Part shown: positions 58,917 to 64,000 of the stretch, piece by piece | Layout of the letters: the number at the start of each line of letters is the position of its first letter | How positions within the stretch are numbered: position 1 is the first letter of the stretch | Source of the DNA: Octopus vulgaris | Taxonomy: Eukaryota | Direction: 5' to 3' | Assembly (NCBI GenBank): GCA_951406725.2 | Contig: OX597826.1 | Coordinates: 76,570,001 to 76,634,000, forward strand | Length of the DNA: 64,000 bases | Notes under the pieces: model-generated | Seen by the model: only the letters and a program-made list of their open reading frames with translations | The model's database searches: none | Told to the model about the DNA's origin: nothing | Made by a program: the position numbers and the translations under genes

Positions 58917-59565
58917 ATATATTTATACATGGTACGCATTTACACACACACACATACACACGCATACTACACACACATATATGTGTATGTATAAATATAT
59001 ATATACCTATATATATATATATATATTTATACATGGTATACATTTACACACACACACATACACACGCATACTGCACACACATATATGTGTATGTATAAAT
59101 ATATATACCTATATATATATATATATATATACACACACGCATATATACATACACACACATATATATACACACTAACCTATGCATACATATATGTACACAG
59201 ACAAAAACACACACCGTGTCCAATGTACTGTTTTAATGATGGTGGCATAGTATGATTCGAAGCAGATCATGATGACTGCTATTTCTAGCCTTTCGAAAAT
59301 CCACGTAGGGATCCCTTAGTGGCTTGTTGAGAATTGTTGCTAATATTAAAGGATGAAGCTGAAAATTGCATGATTGGAAGCCCGAAGTGTTTTCATACGC
59401 ATAAAAAAATAAAGAAATAGAGAAATGGAGAAAATATGATAAAACGGCTTCCGAAACCAAACACATCCTAGTTTTAAAACCTCCAACAAATAAAATGTCC
59501 CACTTGTTGACCTAACTCTAGATAAACACAACAAACAATTTTAGCTAGAAAAAATGCGAAGATAC

Positions 59566-59608
<43 letters not shown>

Positions 59609-59670
59609 TATATACATACATGTATGTATGTATGTATGTACGTATGTATGTATGCATGCATGTATGTATG

Positions 59671-59708
<38 letters not shown>

Positions 59709-59725
59709 CATACATACATACATAC

Positions 59726-59766
<41 letters not shown>

Positions 59767-60887
59767 TCGAAAACTTTAAAAAAGTAAAGAATACAAATAT
59801 TAAAGAAAGTTTTCCATAAATAATTAAAATAGTAATTATCCTTACATGGTAAATGGTTCCAAAAGATATATTTTTTACTTTTTCTTCCAAGAATCTCCAT
59901 TGTATATATTCTTTGAATGCAAAAAGTCAATATTTCCTACAAAAGTTTTCGTTTTTTTTGGTTTTTTTTTGGTGTTTTTAATCAAATTCTTGAGGAAGTT
60001 TGGTGCTTCATAGGAGTGAGCTGCAACTTACCAAAAATGTAATTAATGCAGACTGCGTGTTGTTATCGCTGTTATTGTTGTTGTTTAGCCCAGGGTTGGG
60101 CCTGAATGAGCAGATCTGTGATCAAAAGCATTCCAGCCATGTCTATCCTACCATTTTCTTTTTTCAGACTACATCCTCCTAAGTGCTCCTCCTTTTTGTA
60201 TAATGATAGTGTTTAATATAGTGGAATTTGGCTTTTATTTCTAGTATTCTGATTAACCATGTAGTGACACTTAATTTCCAGCACTTTTGCTGTTGCGGTG
60301 GTTGTTGTTGCTGCTGTTGTTCAAATTAATTATATACGTGGTCAACAATGACGTTCCAGCTTTGAACATCCATAGCGTAACCACAGCCTCGTTATCAATG
60401 TATCATTCAGCAGAGTCCAAATGATTTGAGGGCGGTTTAACTATTATTTCGAGAAACATTGAGACGAACGTACACTACCGGTGGTAACAATTACATAAAT
60501 TCGAAATTTCAGGTGTTGACGTGTAGATTATAATTCAACATTATTTACCACATTTCCAGAGGTCGACTCTGGCTTTCATTCTTTCGAGGTCGATATATTA
60601 AGTACCAGTGTAACACTGGGGTCAATGTCAAAGACTTAACTCCTCGCCCGAATTTGCTGGCCTTGTGGCAAAATTTGAAACCGATATTATATACAGCATT
60701 AGTATTCATGATATGGTACAGTAAAGAATAGATCGCAGTGGTGGGTATTCCTAGATCAATCTTGTTACTGCCAATTCATGGCTCTTTGATTAGGTCGAGA
60801 GTAGCGGTTCTCAACCCTGGTCCAGGTGGCCCTCAGCAATAAATTGGTCACACTTTAATATTTTGTACAATCTTTTATAATACGTAT

Positions 60888-61050
60888 AGGCGCGAGCGTA
60901 GCTGTGTGGTAGAAAGCGTGCTTCCCAACTACATGTTCCGGGTTCAGTCCCACTGCGTGACATATTGAGTAAGTGACTTTTACTATAGCCTCGGGCCGAC
61001 TAAAGCCTTGTGAGGGGATTTGGCAGACAGACTGAAAAGAAGCCCACTGA
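60888..61050 (+). mobile_element. SINE-A 5' half
   Basis: Head and start of body. Confidence 0.82.
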
Positions 61051-61253
61051 CCGCTAAATCCCCAAGTTTTTTTATTCTCTCTCTGTTTATTTCCTCATAT
61101 TCGTTTCTGTTGAAGAGCGTAGGCTCGAAACGTAAAAGACTTTCTCACCTTCCCGAGGGTCAACTTAATACATCTTGTTGGTCATACACCTGTCTGCGTC
61201 TTTGTTTCTCTGTAAAATTCAACAATACATACATATATATACACACATACATG

Positions 61254-61328
<75 letters not shown>

Positions 61329-61334
<6 letters not shown>

Positions 61335-62249
61335 TAAGGGCTTAGTAAAATAAATTACTTTGCCACATACTGAACTCATTAGAAATAGCAGCTAAAGAAA
61401 TTTCTTCAGCTATTTCTAATACTTAAAGAAGATCTCTCTCAGATAGTGTTTGCCTAAACCAACTCACAAAGGTATGGGGGAAAAAACATTAAAAAATCAA
61501 GTGCAAAGGTTATTTGAGAACGTACGTTTCTAGATTAGTCAATTCGACATTTCTTTCGTCAGCTCAGAATTCCTTGAATCGTATTTGGGAACACTGAAAG
61601 TTGGGAGCATACCCTTTCGGCTTCTCATCACCTCTAGAATTCTGCTCGAACTAAAAGTGCTATCAAATCCGAATATGCAAGCGAAGAATTTCTGCTCTCC
61701 CCTTTCCACCAGCGTGGGTTAAAATTGACAAACACCATGTATTAACGGTGAAAACCGCAGTATTTAACAGAGAGAGATGAATTATAATTTCAACAATTGA
61801 GGGTAAAATTAATTAATTATTAATCAATTTCACCAAGTATTCAGTATGTAAAGGGACCATTTTAGGCCAATTCAAAATATTACATTATATATAAGGGCTT
61901 AGTAAAATAAATTACTTTGCCACATACTGAACTCATTAGAAATAGCAGCTAAAGAAATTTCTTCAGCTATTTCTAATACTTAATGATTTTTTAATGTTTT
62001 TTCCCCCATACCTTTGTGAGTTGGTTTAGGCAAACACTATCTGAGAGAGATCTTCTTTAAGTATTAGAAATAGCTGAAGAAATTTCTTTAGCTGCTATTT
62101 CTAATGAGTTCAGTATGTGGCAAAGTAATTTATTTTACTAAGCCCTTATATATAATGTAATATTTTGAATTCGCCTAAAATGGTCCCTTTACATACTGAA
62201 TACTTGGTGAAATTGATTAATAATTAATTAATTTTACCCTCAATTGTTG

Positions 62250-62254
<5 letters not shown>
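61329..62254. mobile_element. Direct plus inverted terminal-repeat structure (Penelope-like pLTR arrangement)
   Basis: 61329-61424 = 61887-61983 (direct); 61786-61983 inverted against 62056-62254; 61329-61499 inverted against 61984-62153; flanked by (TA)n. Repeat structure certain, PLE assignment inferred. Confidence 0.75.
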
Positions 62255-62330
<76 letters not shown>

Positions 62331-62461
62331 ATTTGTGTGCGTGTATGTGTGTGTGTATATATATATATAAATATATATATAATAATAAATATTAGGGAAT
62401 AAATCCAAATTTACAGGGAAAAAATCAGATTTAGGATTAAATCCAATTTTATAGTAAAATA

Positions 62462-62606
62462 TTATAAAATATTATTAGAGACAAAACCACTATTTTGCAA
62501 AACAAACAAGGAAAGACTTAATCAATACATAAAATTTTAATAAATAGTCAATATTAAGTCTTTCCTTGTTTGTTTTGCAAAATGTGGTTTGTCTCTAATA
62601 ATATTT

Positions 62607-62610
<4 letters not shown>
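62462..62610. repeat. Inverted repeat, ~60-bp arms
   Basis: ttataaaatattattagagacaaaaccac..ggaaagacttaat versus attaagtctttcc..gtctctaataatattttataa. Confidence 0.9.
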
Positions 62611-62650
<40 letters not shown>

Positions 62651-62692
62651 GTTTAAAGTGTTGTATTTAGTTTTCACTTAATGTATATTTTG

Positions 62693-62728
<36 letters not shown>

Positions 62729-62730
62729 TA

Positions 62731-62811
<81 letters not shown>

Positions 62812-62869
62812 GAATATATTTATATTTTAAAAGTATATTTATTAATTATTTTAGTATTGTAGTTATCTT

Positions 62870-62973
62870 TAACCTGATGAGTGGCTATATTTATATTGAA
62901 GTGATTTTAATACTACTACTAGTATTTTTACGATAATCATTTCTTAAATATAGCCACGAAACACGTGTCGTTA
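62870..62973 (+). ncRNA. Type I hammerhead ribozyme candidate
   Basis: taac-CTGATGA-gtggctatattta[loop]taaatatagccac-GAA-acacgtgt-C-gtta: intact core, 13-bp stem II, palindromic stem III, GUC cleavage triplet, 4-bp stem I. Confidence 0.75.
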
Positions 62974-63251
62974 TTCTACCAAATATTTACGTTTTATTTA
63001 TTATTTTGCACTTTACTTTATCATCGTTAGATTCTTTATCTTATATTTGATCTTTCCATAATATGTAATTTTCTAGATGGTGTAATTTAATTTTTCCTTA
63101 TTGAATTGATAAAAGGTGTTTTTTTTCTAATTTGTATATATATTATATTTTGTGAAATTTGATTTAGTATTTCTAAATTGAATTTTCCCTGTAAGTTTGG
63201 AATTAGATTCTCTCATATCATTATTATATATATACATATATATATATATAA

Positions 63252-63316
<65 letters not shown>

Positions 63317-63379
63317 TGTATATATACATATATATAGATATATGCATGTATATGTGCATATGTTTTATTTATTAATTTG

Positions 63380-63433
<54 letters not shown>

Positions 63434-64000
63434 CACTGGTGAAAATAAATTTAAACCCGATGATGAAAGTTCTATCTCTCACAACATATTTTGTTTCTAA
63501 CACCATAGAAATTATGTTTTTCTTTTACACCTTATGCAGAATTTATTTCTCTTTCGAATTTACCGGCAAATTTATTATAAGACCGTATCATTGTAATACT
63601 ATTTAAAGCTTAAGATTGTAGCAACAATGAGCAACAAGAACGAAATACATATTAGTACTTTGTGTCGTAGCCTTTATTCTTAATAACCGCTGAACAACGC
63701 CTCGGCATTGGATTCGCTAAGTGATTACAAAATTCTATGGGAATGTTTTGCCATATTTCATTGATATAATCGAATAATTGTTCTAGATGAGATAGTTTTT
63801 TGGCATGGACTTTTTTAGAAACATAAATCCACAAGTTTTCGATCGGATTCAGGTCTGGGCTCTGGGGAGGCCATTCGATTACGTCAAAATTATGGTGATA
63901 AAAAATTCCATAATCTTTTTGGATTTGTGTACAGGACTATTGTCCTGCTGATAAATAGCCCCGGGAGGCACTTGGTGAGTCAAATATAGCACAACATTAT
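63434..64000 (-). mobile_element. Tc1 (DD34E) transposon, right end; continues beyond window
   Basis: TA|CACTGGTG terminus at 63434 inside (TA)n; transposase C-terminus on minus strand. Confidence 0.92.
63652..63998 (-). pseudogene. Tc1 transposase C-terminal part with a 1-base frameshift
   Basis: IYQQDNSPVHKSKKIMEFF/YHHNFDVIEWPPQSPDLNPIENLW...MPRRCSAVIKNKGYDTKY*; D-34-E spacing after adding one T in the homopolymer at ~63900-63905. Confidence 0.9.

Noticed and set aside
58920-59130. ~105-bp tandem duplication; also three 40-bp units at 14320-14440
   Set aside because: Ordinary slippage or duplication of compound microsatellite.

Overview
AT-rich eukaryotic DNA, intergenic or deep-intronic, that I recognise from its SINE families and microsatellite load as coleoid cephalopod (Octopus-like). 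No intact host gene is recognisable, and nearly all long ORFs in the track are microsatellite artefacts. The window is a mosaic of (TA)n/(CA)n/(TATG)n/(ATT)n/(CAT)n arrays, three modular tRNA-derived SINE families and LINE 3' relics. The LINE relics are R4/Dong-type fragments in TAA repeats, RTE/BovB fragments (one with tandem C2H2 fingers) and an L1/Tx1 fragment. DNA transposons include mariner and Tc1 relics, hAT and piggyBac MITEs and non-autonomous Helitrons. The most notable signals are: (1) a canonical type-I hammerhead ribozyme with an enlarged stem II at 62.9 kb, plus several minimal or variant hammerhead-like folds in Penelope-like foldback relics; (2) a SINE subfamily repeatedly found at GGTA targets, including inside its own family; (3) a head-to-tail Helitron tandem; (4) a possible small minus-strand transcription unit at 3.2-4.2 kb. 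Coordinates were read by eye and element ends may be off by some bases.
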